The notes under the pieces: model-generated
Told to the model about the DNA's origin: nothing
The model's database searches: none
The model's input: the letters and a program-made list of their open reading frames with translations, nothing else
Source of the DNA: Alphaproteobacteria bacterium
Lineage (GTDB): Bacteria > Pseudomonadota > Alphaproteobacteria > SP197
NCBI GenBank assembly: GCA_965228895.1
Contig: OZ245842.1
Coordinates: forward strand, 416,001-480,000
Length of the DNA: 64,000 nt
Direction of reading: 5' to 3'
Shown: positions 9,275 to 18,957 of the stretch, piece after piece
Position numbering within the stretch: the stretch's first letter is position 1
Layout: each line of letters starts with the position of its first letter
Translations under genes and position numbers: made by a program

Positions 9275-10519
9275 TCAATCGTCGGTCGAACGTATGGTGC
9301 GAGGCAGCTTCGATAAGACCTCCAGCCCTTCTTCGGTGACCAGGAACGTCTCGATAAAGTTGCAGCCGGTGCCGCCCGGCCAATCCTCCCAGATGTCGTA
9401 CTGGTTTTCATAGTTGAAGACGAGCCCGGGTTGGACCGTCAGTTTGTCGGGCGTCGGACCGAACGTTTCCTCGTTCCAGTGGATCCAGCTGGCGCCCGTC
9501 CAATCGGGTGGGAACGAGATGCCGAGCGGGTAGCCGCCAATCCACCAAGCCTTATCGGTCAGACCGACCTTGTCGATGTAAGCGTGCGCGACCTCGTCAA
9601 CACGCGGCAGCGGGTCGCCGAGCTTGACCTCCCCCAGGATGGCATCAATCGAGCCCGCCGACTTCTCCATGACATCAAGCCAGCGGTCATCCGCCTTGCC
9701 GACGGACAGCGTTCGGCACATGTTGACGTGATAGCGGTGGAGCGATGCACAAAAGTCGAAGTGAACGAGGTCGCCCTGTTTCACCTTGCGATGGGTCGGC
9801 GCGGAATGGTGCGTTCCTGAGCGGACGCCAGAGGCGACCATGGTGTGAATGGTCGGATAGTTGCAGCCTTGGCTCATCAGGCTCGCCATCAGCACGCCTT
9901 CGATCTGGGTCTCCGTCATGCCCGGACGCATCTCGGCCCGCGCGGCCTCAAGCGCCGTATCCGCCATCGCCGCGGCTCGGCGCACAACGGCCATCTCGCG
10001 CGGTGACTTATAGATGCGCAACATCTCGACCAGGAGTGAGGCGTCGACCACCTTGGCACCCTTGTCGCGCAACTTCCCGGCCAGTGTCTCGACCACCTCA
10101 GTGGCGGGTCCCCAACCCCAGAACTGAAGCCCGATCGTACCGCCGGCCAGACCGCGCGCGGCGACCTCGTCGGCGATGATGTCGAAGTCGTCGGCGCCGG
10201 CCATCGGGTCATGGTCGAAGATCACGGCATCGCGTATCTCGGGCACGAGCGAGACAATCGTCGTGTGCGCCGCAGCGTCAAAGAACAGCGTGTCGTCGCT
10301 GTCGGCCCGGATCAGCAAATTGGTCGAATTACGAAGATGATTCCAGATCATGTCATAGCCGGTCAGCCAGTTGATGTCCGGCAACCGGCACAACAACAGC
10401 ACATCGACACCGGCTTTCTTCATAGCATCGCGAACCTGCTTGCGCCGCGCGGCGTATTCCTCCGGCGGGAACGGTTGCTCCCAATCGATCTGGTCGCGCA
10501 GGTATGTCTTTAGCTCCAT
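9275..10519 (-). CDS. M24-fold hydrolase (creatinase/ectoine hydrolase DoeA-like)
   Basis: FPPEEYAARR...INWLTGY, RIYKSPREM, THHSAP, YHVNMCRT, ETFLVTEEGLEVLS; several aminopeptidase-P metal ligands are replaced. Confidence 0.85.
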   Translation of the reverse strand: MELKTYLRDQIDWEQPFPPEEYAARRKQVRDAMKKAGVDVLLLCRLPDINWLTGYDMIWNHLRNSTNLLIRADSDDTLFFDAAAHTTIVSLVPEIRDAVIFDHDPMAGADDFDIIADEVAARGLAGGTIGLQFWGWGPATEVVETLAGKLRDKGAKVVDASLLVEMLRIYKSPREMAVVRRAAAMADTALEAARAEMRPGMTETQIEGVLMASLMSQGCNYPTIHTMVASGVRSGTHHSAPTHRKVKQGDLVHFDFCASLHRYHVNMCRTLSVGKADDRWLDVMEKSAGSIDAILGEVKLGDPLPRVDEVAHAYIDKVGLTDKAWWIGGYPLGISFPPDWTGASWIHWNEETFGPTPDKLTVQPGLVFNYENQYDIWEDWPGGTGCNFIETFLVTEEGLEVLSKLPRTIRSTDD

Positions 10520-10566
10520 CTGGTCCCCCATATCCTGGCGTCGCCTGTTGCGACCTTTGCGATCAC

Positions 10567-10929
10567 TCAGGCCGCGATCATGTAGAATTTGCGCAGCGTC
10601 TTCGTGATTTCCCACGTGCACGGTGTTCCCCTGGGGATGAAGAAGGTATCGCCGGACTCATAAGTTTCGGCTTTGCCGTCAGCGTCCGTCACCGTAACCG
10701 AACCGCCCAAAACCGTCATCATCTCGTGGACCGGATAGGCGTCGATCTCTTCCTTACACGGCGCGCATTCCCAAACGCCTGTGAGGATGCTCTCGTCATC
10801 GGACGTATAGGCGTGGGAGATGAGCTCGGTCTGATCGCCGGTCGTGAACGCGTCCGGGCTTGTCAGGTGGGACGGCACCATGCCGCCGGCGTGACCTTCG
10901 GAAATCAGTCGTGCGGGTTTGTTGATCAT
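10567..10929 (-). CDS. Cupin (DUF861/EutQ-like)
   Basis: TGVWECAP...EMMTVLGGSVTV...GDTFFIPRG...W...LRKFY. Confidence 0.88.
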   Translation of the reverse strand: MINKPARLISEGHAGGMVPSHLTSPDAFTTGDQTELISHAYTSDDESILTGVWECAPCKEEIDAYPVHEMMTVLGGSVTVTDADGKAETYESGDTFFIPRGTPCTWEITKTLRKFYMIAA

Positions 10930-11144
10930 GACGGTCTCCCGTGTCCCAAGTTTCATATGCGATCGTGTCATCATGATGGACCGTCACCATGCGGGCCTCA
11001 AGGCTGGGTGCCGCCAGGTAGCTTCACTTTGTTGCAGTGCAACCCGACTCGTTTGTCTGTCGGGCCGTCGGGCTCAATGGAACGCATGCATCAGCTACCC
11101 GTTGGATAGGTCACGGATGATGTCATGACACGCGCTATGCGTAC

Positions 11145-11172
11145 TGTTTCCATAATGCAGATTATGGCGCCG
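11145..11172. other. dif-like (XerC/XerD-type) recombination site 1
   Basis: TGTTTCCATAA-TGCAGA-TTATGGCGCCG: 11+6+11 layout with the CATAA/TTATG inner dyad of dif; intergenic. Confidence 0.7.
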
Positions 11173-11405
11173 TGGTGTGTAAGCGCAGAATTAAGACGTC
11201 AGTCCTGAGCAAAGCTAAGATGATGGTGCTCCCTCCCGTTGGCAGGGACTGATGGGGAATAGTGCCGACCGCGACTTTGGTGCCCTTGAGCACTCGCCGC
11301 TGAATCGTACAAAAGCTTGGGGCAATGCCGATCGCCAATCGCAGAAGCGGCGACTAATCCCGCAAGCGATCTTGTCATGCGACTTTCCTCGACAATCATG
11401 CAATT

Positions 11406-11424
11406 TGTGAATTAAATATTCACA
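11406..11424. promoter_or_regulatory. Palindromic operator TGTGAAT-N5-ATTCACA (candidate IclR site)
   Basis: TGTGAATTAAATATTCACA about 30 nt upstream of the DUF35 gene; same dyad at 13039. Confidence 0.65.
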
Positions 11425-11455
11425 CGTTGAGTTGATGTCGGGCTCAGGAGGGCAG

Positions 11456-11863
11456 ATGGTCGGGTTGGCGCGGAACGGCCCTGAGGAAAAATTCAAGGCC
11501 TATCTCCGAGAAGGACAGTTCCTGGTCCAGAGGTCCCGACGGTCCGGGCGCATCGTCTTCTATCCACGTGTGGCGGCGCCGGAGACCGGCGAACGTGATC
11601 TCGAATGGACCCCATGCACCGGGTTCGGCACCGTTTACTCGACGACTGTGGTGCGCCGCCGCGCCGAAAAGGGCGGTGATTACAACGTCGCGCTGATCGA
11701 CCTCGATGACGGTTTCCGCATGTTGAGCCGCGTCGAGGCGGTCCCGCCTTCGGAGGTCCAAATCGGCCAGCGCGTGCGGGCGCGGATCGCTGAGATTGAT
11801 GGCGAGCCCGCGATCGTTTTCGATCCGCTGGATGGCGCTGAGGGAGATGATCATGCGCGGTGA
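11456..11863 (+). CDS. DUF35-family OB-fold protein (acyl-CoA-binding partner of thiolase-fold enzymes)
   Basis: FYPR...W...GTVYSTTVV...YNVALIDLDDGFRMLSRV...IGQRV; zinc-ribbon cysteines not evident; AGGAGG RBS. Confidence 0.88.
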   Translation: MVGLARNGPEEKFKAYLREGQFLVQRSRRSGRIVFYPRVAAPETGERDLEWTPCTGFGTVYSTTVVRRRAEKGGDYNVALIDLDDGFRMLSRVEAVPPSEVQIGQRVRARIAEIDGEPAIVFDPLDGAEGDDHAR

Positions 11864-12992
11864 GGCGGCGATTGTCGGCGTGGGGGTTGCCGGCCTTGGC
11901 GAAGCGCCCGGCCAAAGTGCGATGGAGATTCTTGCTGGCGCTGCTCTGGCTGCCCTCGATGACGCCGGGCTCCGGCCGTCCGACGTCGACGGGCTTTTTG
12001 TCAGCACCACGGCGCATTTCATGCCGACGGCGAGTGCCGCCGAGTATCTCGGCATTCGGCCGCGCTACTCCGATACCAACATGACAGGCGGATCCTCGTT
12101 CGTGGCTCATTTGCTGACCGCGGCGATGGCGCTATCGACCGGGGCCTGTGATGTGGCACTGATCGCTTATGGCAGCAACCAGCGCACATCACTGGGCCGA
12201 TTGCAGATGAACAACGAGCCGTTGCCCCTCGAAACCATATATGGACCGCGCTATCCCATCAGCGGCTACGCGATGATGGCGGCGCGTCACATGCACGAGT
12301 ACGGCACGACCCGCGAGCAACTTGCCGAAGTCGCGGTTGCCGCTCGCGGCTGGGCTGCTCTCAACCCGGAGGCCTTTTGTCGCGATCCGCTGAGCGTCGA
12401 CCAGGTGCTTGAGTCACGCATGATCTCCGATCCGCTGACGCTGTTGGATTGTTGTCTGGTCACCGATGGCGGGGGAGCCCTGGTCCTGGTCCGACGCGAA
12501 CGCGCCGCGGATTTGACGGGCTCTCCAATCCACCTGCTGGGGGCCGGGCTGGCTCACGAGCACCGGCAGATGTCGCAAATGCCCGACCTGACGTCGACGC
12601 TTGCCCGCGATTCAGGCGCGCGCGCCTTCGCCATGGCGCGCTTGGACCGAAGTGAGATCGATCTGCTGCAGCTCTACGACGGCTTCACCATCAACACGAT
12701 CATGTTTCTTGAAGACTTGGGTTTCTGCCCAAAGGGTGAGGGTGGCGGTTTTGTCAGTGGCGGGCGGATTGCGCCAGGCGGCGAGGTCGCGCTCAACACC
12801 AATGGCGGCGGGCTCTCGTGCACCCATCCCGGCATGTACGGCATCTTTCTTATCGTTGAGGCAGTTCGTCAGCTGCGCGGTGTGGCTGGTGAGCGCCAAG
12901 TGAACGACCTTGAAACCGCGCTCGTTCACGGTGTCGGCGGCATGATGTCGACCCACGTGACCGCCGTCCTCGGTACCGACGCCACCATCTGA
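11847..12992 (+). CDS. SCP-x/Ltp2-type thiolase-fold protein
   Basis: AIVGVG, DCCLVTDGGGA, LYDGFT, LEDLGFC, NTNGGGLS, EAVRQLRG; GGSSF at the usual nucleophilic Cys position. Confidence 0.9.
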   Translation: MIMRGEAAIVGVGVAGLGEAPGQSAMEILAGAALAALDDAGLRPSDVDGLFVSTTAHFMPTASAAEYLGIRPRYSDTNMTGGSSFVAHLLTAAMALSTGACDVALIAYGSNQRTSLGRLQMNNEPLPLETIYGPRYPISGYAMMAARHMHEYGTTREQLAEVAVAARGWAALNPEAFCRDPLSVDQVLESRMISDPLTLLDCCLVTDGGGALVLVRRERAADLTGSPIHLLGAGLAHEHRQMSQMPDLTSTLARDSGARAFAMARLDRSEIDLLQLYDGFTINTIMFLEDLGFCPKGEGGGFVSGGRIAPGGEVALNTNGGGLSCTHPGMYGIFLIVEAVRQLRGVAGERQVNDLETALVHGVGGMMSTHVTAVLGTDATI

Positions 12993-13038
12993 CGCCGGCC
13001 AACGTTTGTGACCAGGTGCCTTGCCATATGTCAAAAGA

Positions 13039-13057
13039 TGTGAATATTATATTCACA
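13039..13057. promoter_or_regulatory. Palindromic operator TGTGAAT-N5-ATTCACA (candidate IclR site)
   Basis: TGTGAATATTATATTCACA 20 nt upstream of the binding-protein ATG. Confidence 0.65.
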
Positions 13058-13077
13058 CTTAGCTTTGGGAGGCTGCC

Positions 13078-14679
13078 ATGAAAGACCGTGACGTCATTTT
13101 GAACGCGTTCAAATCCGCCAAATTGTCGCGCCGCGATGCGGGAGCTGCGCTCATGGGTGCGGGCCTAAGCGCCGTGGCTGCCGGGTCGCTGATCGAACGG
13201 GCTATAGGCGAGGCGGTGGCTCAGGAGCCGAAAACAGGCGGGACGTTGCGCGTCGCATCGACGGATTCCCACGCGGGCGACACCATCGACCCGGCGAAGA
13301 TCATTCAGAATATCGACATCATCCGCTCGGGCATCATCTATGAGACGCTCGTCGACTACGTGCCCGGGACCGGCCTTGTGCCCTCGCTCGCGACCTCGTG
13401 GGAGTCGAACAACGACGCCACCGAATGGCGCTTCGTGTTGCGGGACGGCGTCGAGTTCCACAACGGTAAGACAATGACGGCCAGCGACGTCGTTGCCTCG
13501 TTCAACCGTCACCTCGATCCCGACATTGCATCCCCGGCGAACGCCTATCTGGGAGACGTCGAGTCCTTCGCCGCCGACGGCGACGGCACACTCGTTGTGC
13601 GCATGAAGCAGCCCAACGCGGACATCCCTTACCTGTTTTCAGAGTATCACTTCACGGCGCAGCCCGAAGGCGACAACGATTACACAACGGGGGCGGTAGG
13701 AACCGGCGCCTGGCAGCTTCAGGACTTCGAGCCCGGTATCGTCGCAACATTTGTGCGCAATCCGAACTACTGGAAGAGCGGGTTGCCCTACATCGACGAG
13801 ATCGAAACCTTCGGCATCCCGGACAACGCTTCGCGGGTTAACGCGCTGCTTGCCGGTGAAGCCGATATGATCGTGCAGCTCGACCCCCAGCTCATCGGCT
13901 CCGTCGAAGCTGACGCGAACGGTCGCGTCCTAAGCCAGCCCGGCGGCGCGCATCCGACCTATCCCATGTTGGCAAACACGGCGCCCTACAGTGACAACAA
14001 CGTGCGCCTTGCGCTGAAGCATGCGGTCGACAGGGAACGTATGCTGGAGCTTGCGTTCGGTGGCTTCGGCGTCGTCGGACGCGATCATCCGATACCGCAG
14101 CACGACCCCTTCTTCGCGGCGGACGTCGAGCCGCTCGCGCATGATCCCGACAAGGTCGCCTACTACCTCAAGCAGGCGGGCATGGAAGGCGCCAGCTTCG
14201 AGCTCGTTGCCTCCGACGCCAACTTCGGTGGCGCCAATGCCAGCGTCGTCATGGCGGAGTTGATGAACGAGTCGGGCGCGAACGTCACCGTCAAGAAGGT
14301 GCCGTCGGACGGCTACTGGAGCGCGATCTGGATGCAGGCCCCGTGGTGCGGATCGTCGTGGTATGGACGACCCACCGCTGACCTCATGCTCTCCATCGCC
14401 TACATCACGGGTGGCGCGTGGAACGAGAGCTTCTGGTCGAACGAGAAGTTCGACAGTCTCGTGCTCGAGGCCCGCAAGGCGACCGACACGGCCCTGCGGA
14501 CAGAACTCTACCGAGAGTGCCAGATCCTGATGCGCGACGAAGGCTCCACCGTTACGCCCGTCTTCACGAATTGGATGGATGGTTACTCCGCGCGCGTGCG
14601 CAACTTCAACGGCCACCCTTATGGATTCCTTGGCTGGATGAAGTGGAGCGAAGTCTGGCTCGCCGACGCTTCAGCCTAG
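13078..14679 (+). CDS. Peptide/nickel-family (family 5) ABC substrate-binding protein, Tat-exported
   Basis: SRRDAG twin-arginine leader; LATSWE...LRDGVEFHNGK...DVVASF; GTGAW; RNPNYW; VRLALKHAVDR. Confidence 0.92.
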   Translation: MKDRDVILNAFKSAKLSRRDAGAALMGAGLSAVAAGSLIERAIGEAVAQEPKTGGTLRVASTDSHAGDTIDPAKIIQNIDIIRSGIIYETLVDYVPGTGLVPSLATSWESNNDATEWRFVLRDGVEFHNGKTMTASDVVASFNRHLDPDIASPANAYLGDVESFAADGDGTLVVRMKQPNADIPYLFSEYHFTAQPEGDNDYTTGAVGTGAWQLQDFEPGIVATFVRNPNYWKSGLPYIDEIETFGIPDNASRVNALLAGEADMIVQLDPQLIGSVEADANGRVLSQPGGAHPTYPMLANTAPYSDNNVRLALKHAVDRERMLELAFGGFGVVGRDHPIPQHDPFFAADVEPLAHDPDKVAYYLKQAGMEGASFELVASDANFGGANASVVMAELMNESGANVTVKKVPSDGYWSAIWMQAPWCGSSWYGRPTADLMLSIAYITGGAWNESFWSNEKFDSLVLEARKATDTALRTELYRECQILMRDEGSTVTPVFTNWMDGYSARVRNFNGHPYGFLGWMKWSEVWLADASA

Positions 14680-14730
14680 CTTGCGTGTACGCGTCATCAC
14701 CCAAAGATCACCGGTACTGAGGAGAGTGTT

Positions 14731-15534
14731 TTGGAGAACAAGTTCATCGTAAAGAAGGACGAACAGATCGCATGGATCATCTTCGACAGACCGCAGAAGC
14801 TGAACGCCATGCGCAGCGAGGGGTGGCGCGAGTTTGGCCGTCTCCTGTCGGAGCTCTGCGACGACCGAACGCTGCGATGCCTGATTATTGCGGGCGAGGG
14901 CAAGGCGTTCCAGGCCGGCCATGACATCGGACAGATGCTCGAGCACATCGAGGACATGAAGACCGGCGCGTACACGGTTGCCGACCTGCACGAGGGCCAG
15001 AAGGCGCTACAAGAGACAACACGCCTGATCCGCAAGGCCCGATTTCCCGTTATTGCCGCGGTACACGGCTTCGCCGTCGGCGGCGGATGCGAGGTCACGC
15101 TGGCGTGTGATCTCGTCGTCGCCGGCAAATCCACGCAGATGGGATTCCCTGAGGCCAAGGTCGGGGCGACCATTACCAATGGCGGCACTTGGTTGCTGCC
15201 GCGCAAGGTGGGGCTCGCCAAGGCTCGCGAGCTCGCCTTCATGGGTGAGATCGTCGACGCCGAGGAGGCGCTGAAAATCGGCCTCGTCAACCGAGTCGTA
15301 CCCGACGACGATGTGCGGACAGAGGCCGAAAGTATGGCCCGGAAGATCTGCACGATGTCACCGATGTCGGTCCAGTTGCATAAGACCATGCTCGATCGTG
15401 GCCAGGATGCCTCGCTCGAGACCATGCTGAACTTCGAGACTGAATGCCTCGTCGTTGCCTCGATCATGAAGGACCACGTCGAGGGCGTGCACGCGTTCCA
15501 CGAGCGGCGCGATCCCGTCTTCAACGGCGACTGA
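14731..15534 (+). CDS. Enoyl-CoA hydratase/isomerase (crotonase)
   Basis: DRPQKLNAM, FQAGHDI, AVGGGCE...ACD, FPEAKVG (both catalytic Glu present); TTG start after GAGGAG. Confidence 0.93.
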   Translation: MENKFIVKKDEQIAWIIFDRPQKLNAMRSEGWREFGRLLSELCDDRTLRCLIIAGEGKAFQAGHDIGQMLEHIEDMKTGAYTVADLHEGQKALQETTRLIRKARFPVIAAVHGFAVGGGCEVTLACDLVVAGKSTQMGFPEAKVGATITNGGTWLLPRKVGLAKARELAFMGEIVDAEEALKIGLVNRVVPDDDVRTEAESMARKICTMSPMSVQLHKTMLDRGQDASLETMLNFETECLVVASIMKDHVEGVHAFHERRDPVFNGD

Positions 15535-15547
15535 GCGCCTGACGCCC

Positions 15548-17158
15548 ATGTTTCTCGATCCACGAGAGCGCCACACGGTTTGCCAGGTCATGGCCGATCG
15601 TGCCCGGCGGCAGGGCGACCGCCCCTTTCTCCTCGGTGAGGAGGGGACGGTCAGCTATCTCGCGTTCGAGGAACGGGCGGTTGCCATGGCGCAGGGACTC
15701 ACGGCGCTGGGCGTTAAGCCGGGCGACACGGTCCTCGTCATGCTTCCGAACGTCATGGGGTTCGTCGTGCTGTGGGCCGCGCTGGCGCGCATTGGTGCGA
15801 TCCAGGTGCCGGTCAACACGGCCTACCGTGGCGGCATCCTTGAGCACATCATGAGCGACTCACAGGCGGCCTTTATGGTGGCCGACACCGAGTACCTGGA
15901 GCAGGTCGGCGAAGCGGCGGCCAAATGCCGCGCCCTCCGCCATGTCATCGTACACGACGGTGACGGCGCCGGCCTTCCGGCGAATCTCGCCACCAGCCAA
16001 TTCGAGGCACTTGAAACGCGTGAGGCCGAGCTGCCGGACCCACCGCGCCCGCGCGATCTGATCGGTGTCATGTACACGTCAGGCACCACGGGCCCATCGA
16101 AGGGTGCGATGATCACCCACGCCCACGCTTATGTTTACGCCCACAACGGCCACGACCGCATGAAGCTTGTGCCTGAGGACGTCTACTTCGCGCCGCTACC
16201 GTTGTTCCACATCGCGGGACAATGGGCGGTGGTTTACGCGGCGATGATCTGCGGTTCTGCGGCGGTCATCACCCGGCGTTTCAGTGTCACCACATTCTGG
16301 CGCGATGCCGTGCGATTCCGCGCCACGGCTGCGTTTCTTCTTGGTGCGATGGCAAACTTTCTGCATCGCCAGTCGCCCGGCGACCATGAGCGCGAGAGCA
16401 GGATCGACCGTATGCTCGTGGTCCCGCTCTTCCCGGAGGTCACCGACTTCGGGAGGCGCCTTGGTGTCCGCGTGGTGACGACCTACGGCTCGACCGAGGT
16501 CAACTCGCCCATGATCGCGTCCTTCGACGCGCCGGACTGGCGCAGCTGTGGGCGGATGAAGGATGACCTCTTCGAGGCCCGCATTGTCGACGATGAGGAC
16601 GAGGAGGTGCCGCACGGTACGGTGGGTGAGCTTGTTGTGCGCCCGCGCCTTCCCTGGATCGTGATGGCGGGCTACTGGGGTCATCCGGACTGGACCGCGG
16701 ATGCTTGGCGCAACCTTTGGCTCCACAGCGGTGATGCCATGTATCGCGACGAAGCGGGCAACTTCTACTTCGTCGACCGCAAAAAGGACGCCATACGACG
16801 GCGCGGCGAGAACATCTCGTCGGTCGAGGTCGAAAACGAGATCAACGCCCATCCCGACGTGCTCGAGAGCGCCGTTTTTGCCGCCTCGTCCGAGCACACC
16901 GAGGACGAGGTCATGGCGGCCGTCGTGGTGAAGCCGGGCGTCGCACTTTGCCCGGAGGCGCTAATCCATTTCCTCGAGCCGCGCATGGCCTACTTCATGG
17001 TGCCGCGCTACCTGGAGATCGTCACGGAGCTGCCGAAGACGCCAACCGGCAAGATCCGCAAGGTCGACCTTCGGCGCCGTGGCCCCACCGCCGCGACCTG
17101 GGACCGTGAACACGCCAAAGTCCCGCTGCGGCAGCTCGACAAGAGGAGGGAACGATGA
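15548..17158 (+). CDS. Acyl-CoA ligase (crotonobetaine/carnitine-CoA ligase-like)
   Basis: YTSGTTGPSKG, YGSTE, WLHSGD, DRKKDAIRRRGENISS, PKTPTGKI. Confidence 0.93.
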   Translation: MFLDPRERHTVCQVMADRARRQGDRPFLLGEEGTVSYLAFEERAVAMAQGLTALGVKPGDTVLVMLPNVMGFVVLWAALARIGAIQVPVNTAYRGGILEHIMSDSQAAFMVADTEYLEQVGEAAAKCRALRHVIVHDGDGAGLPANLATSQFEALETREAELPDPPRPRDLIGVMYTSGTTGPSKGAMITHAHAYVYAHNGHDRMKLVPEDVYFAPLPLFHIAGQWAVVYAAMICGSAAVITRRFSVTTFWRDAVRFRATAAFLLGAMANFLHRQSPGDHERESRIDRMLVVPLFPEVTDFGRRLGVRVVTTYGSTEVNSPMIASFDAPDWRSCGRMKDDLFEARIVDDEDEEVPHGTVGELVVRPRLPWIVMAGYWGHPDWTADAWRNLWLHSGDAMYRDEAGNFYFVDRKKDAIRRRGENISSVEVENEINAHPDVLESAVFAASSEHTEDEVMAAVVVKPGVALCPEALIHFLEPRMAYFMVPRYLEIVTELPKTPTGKIRKVDLRRRGPTAATWDREHAKVPLRQLDKRRER

Positions 17159-18024
17159 CCAGCGAACGCCGCCTGACCGATGCGGAGATCGCCGCGTTCG
17201 AAACCGACGGATTTCTCAAGATCGAGGGCTTCTTCGGTCTTGGCGAGCTTGCGCCGCTGCAAGACTCTCTTAAGGAGGATCCGACCGTCGGTGGTCGTTT
17301 CTTCACCGTGCATGACGGTGATGGCGTCGGCACCCACGACTACATGAGTTGGAGCCGCCACGAGGATGACTATGTCGGCACGGCGACCCGGCTAGCCCGG
17401 GTCGTCCACGCCGCAGAAGACCTGATCGGCGAGCCGGTCTATCACTACCATTCCAAGATGGTGCGCAAACCACCGAGAAGCCCCGGCAAGGTCGACTGGC
17501 ACCAGGATTATGGTGGCTGGTACCAGGAAGGCTGTCTGTTTGCGAAAATGCTGACCTGCGCCGTGGCGGTCACGCGCGCGCCGGCAGAGGCCGGTTGCCT
17601 GCGCATGTTACGGGGTTCTCACACCATGGGGCGCATCGACTGGATCAGCGACGAGACGTCCTATTACACGCTCTACCGACCGCGGCTCGAGGCAATCCTT
17701 GAGCGCTTCGAGCTGGTTGAGCTGGAGATGGAGCCGGGTGACGGACTCTTTTTCCACCCCAATGTTCTCCATACGTCAGCGCCCAACGTGACGAACGCGC
17801 CGCGGACGCTGATGGAGTTCTCCTTTAACGCGCACGCCAACGCGCCGGTGTTCGAGGGCCAGGCTCATCACCAGCCGAAGGCGCTCGTCATCGCCGATGA
17901 CGATGCCCTGGCGGCGGGCCGTTTCGACGGCGTCTTCGGACGTACGCCACTTCACGACATCGACAATCCGAGCGACGAGGGCTACCGCATCTTCCATCGC
18001 GAAGACCTGCCCTCGAAGTCGTGA
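17155..18024 (+). CDS. Fe(II)/2-oxoglutarate dioxygenase, PhyH family
   Basis: WHQD (HxD), GSH, LHTSAPN, distal Arg; ATGA overlap with the ligase. Confidence 0.9.
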   Translation: MTSERRLTDAEIAAFETDGFLKIEGFFGLGELAPLQDSLKEDPTVGGRFFTVHDGDGVGTHDYMSWSRHEDDYVGTATRLARVVHAAEDLIGEPVYHYHSKMVRKPPRSPGKVDWHQDYGGWYQEGCLFAKMLTCAVAVTRAPAEAGCLRMLRGSHTMGRIDWISDETSYYTLYRPRLEAILERFELVELEMEPGDGLFFHPNVLHTSAPNVTNAPRTLMEFSFNAHANAPVFEGQAHHQPKALVIADDDALAAGRFDGVFGRTPLHDIDNPSDEGYRIFHREDLPSKS

Positions 18025-18038
18025 CCGGAGGTGAAGCC

Positions 18039-18929
18039 ATGACCGAACCCGTGATCGAACGTCTGACCGCCCAAGCCTCGGCCGACGGCATTGCCGATGT
18101 CGTGCTGCGTGACGGTTGCGTCATCATCGAGCGGCTGCTCGAGGAGAGTTTCGTCGACCGCATACTCGAGGAGCTGTCGCCCTGGCTTGATCGCGTGCCG
18201 GAGGGCAGCGGCGACTGGGTTGGCTTCCGGACCCGCCGTCTGCATGGGTTGACGCCGAAATCGGCGGCAATCCGTGAGAACATCTGCAACCCGTTGGTCC
18301 TGGGCGTGATGGAGCGGCTGCTGGGGCCGTGGTGCGACACCTTCCAGCTCAGCTCCTGCTCGACCACAGCAATCGGGCCTGGCGAAAAAGCGCAGGAACT
18401 GCATCGCGACGACCTGATGTTTCCGTTTGAGCATCCGTCGGCGCGCATCCCTTATTGCACCACGTTCTGGGCGCTGTCCGACTTCACCGAGGAGAATGGC
18501 GCGACCCACATGATCCCCGGTAGCCATCGCTGGGACGACGAGCGGATCCCGCGTCACGAGGAGACGGCACGCGCGGTGATGCCGAAGGGTTCGGTGATAA
18601 TCTACACCGGTGCGGTGTGGCACGGCGGCGGCGCCAACGTGACCCGAGACGGGTGGCGCAGCGCGCTCTTCACCAGCTATTCGGTCGGCTGGCTGAAGCA
18701 GGAGGAGGCCCAGTATCTGGTCAATCCGCCGGACATCGCGCGTCACTATCCCGAACGGCTGCAGCGGCTTGTCGGCTATCAAATGCACAACCCGTTTCTC
18801 GGTTGGTACGACCTCCAGGATCCGATCGAGGTTTTGCGCGGCTACGAAGAACTCTCCGCGCCCAACCGTGATCTCTTCGCTGAGGGCGAGACGCGTAGTG
18901 TCATCAGCCGCGACGTGAAGCGCGCGTGA
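18039..18929 (+). CDS. Fe(II)/2-oxoglutarate dioxygenase, PhyH family
   Basis: QELHRDD, DFTEENGATHMIPGSHRW, WHGGGAN, WR; WLKQEE. Confidence 0.92.
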   Translation: MTEPVIERLTAQASADGIADVVLRDGCVIIERLLEESFVDRILEELSPWLDRVPEGSGDWVGFRTRRLHGLTPKSAAIRENICNPLVLGVMERLLGPWCDTFQLSSCSTTAIGPGEKAQELHRDDLMFPFEHPSARIPYCTTFWALSDFTEENGATHMIPGSHRWDDERIPRHEETARAVMPKGSVIIYTGAVWHGGGANVTRDGWRSALFTSYSVGWLKQEEAQYLVNPPDIARHYPERLQRLVGYQMHNPFLGWYDLQDPIEVLRGYEELSAPNRDLFAEGETRSVISRDVKRA

Positions 18930-18957
18930 AGCAGCCCCCGAAACCGGAGACCTCGCC

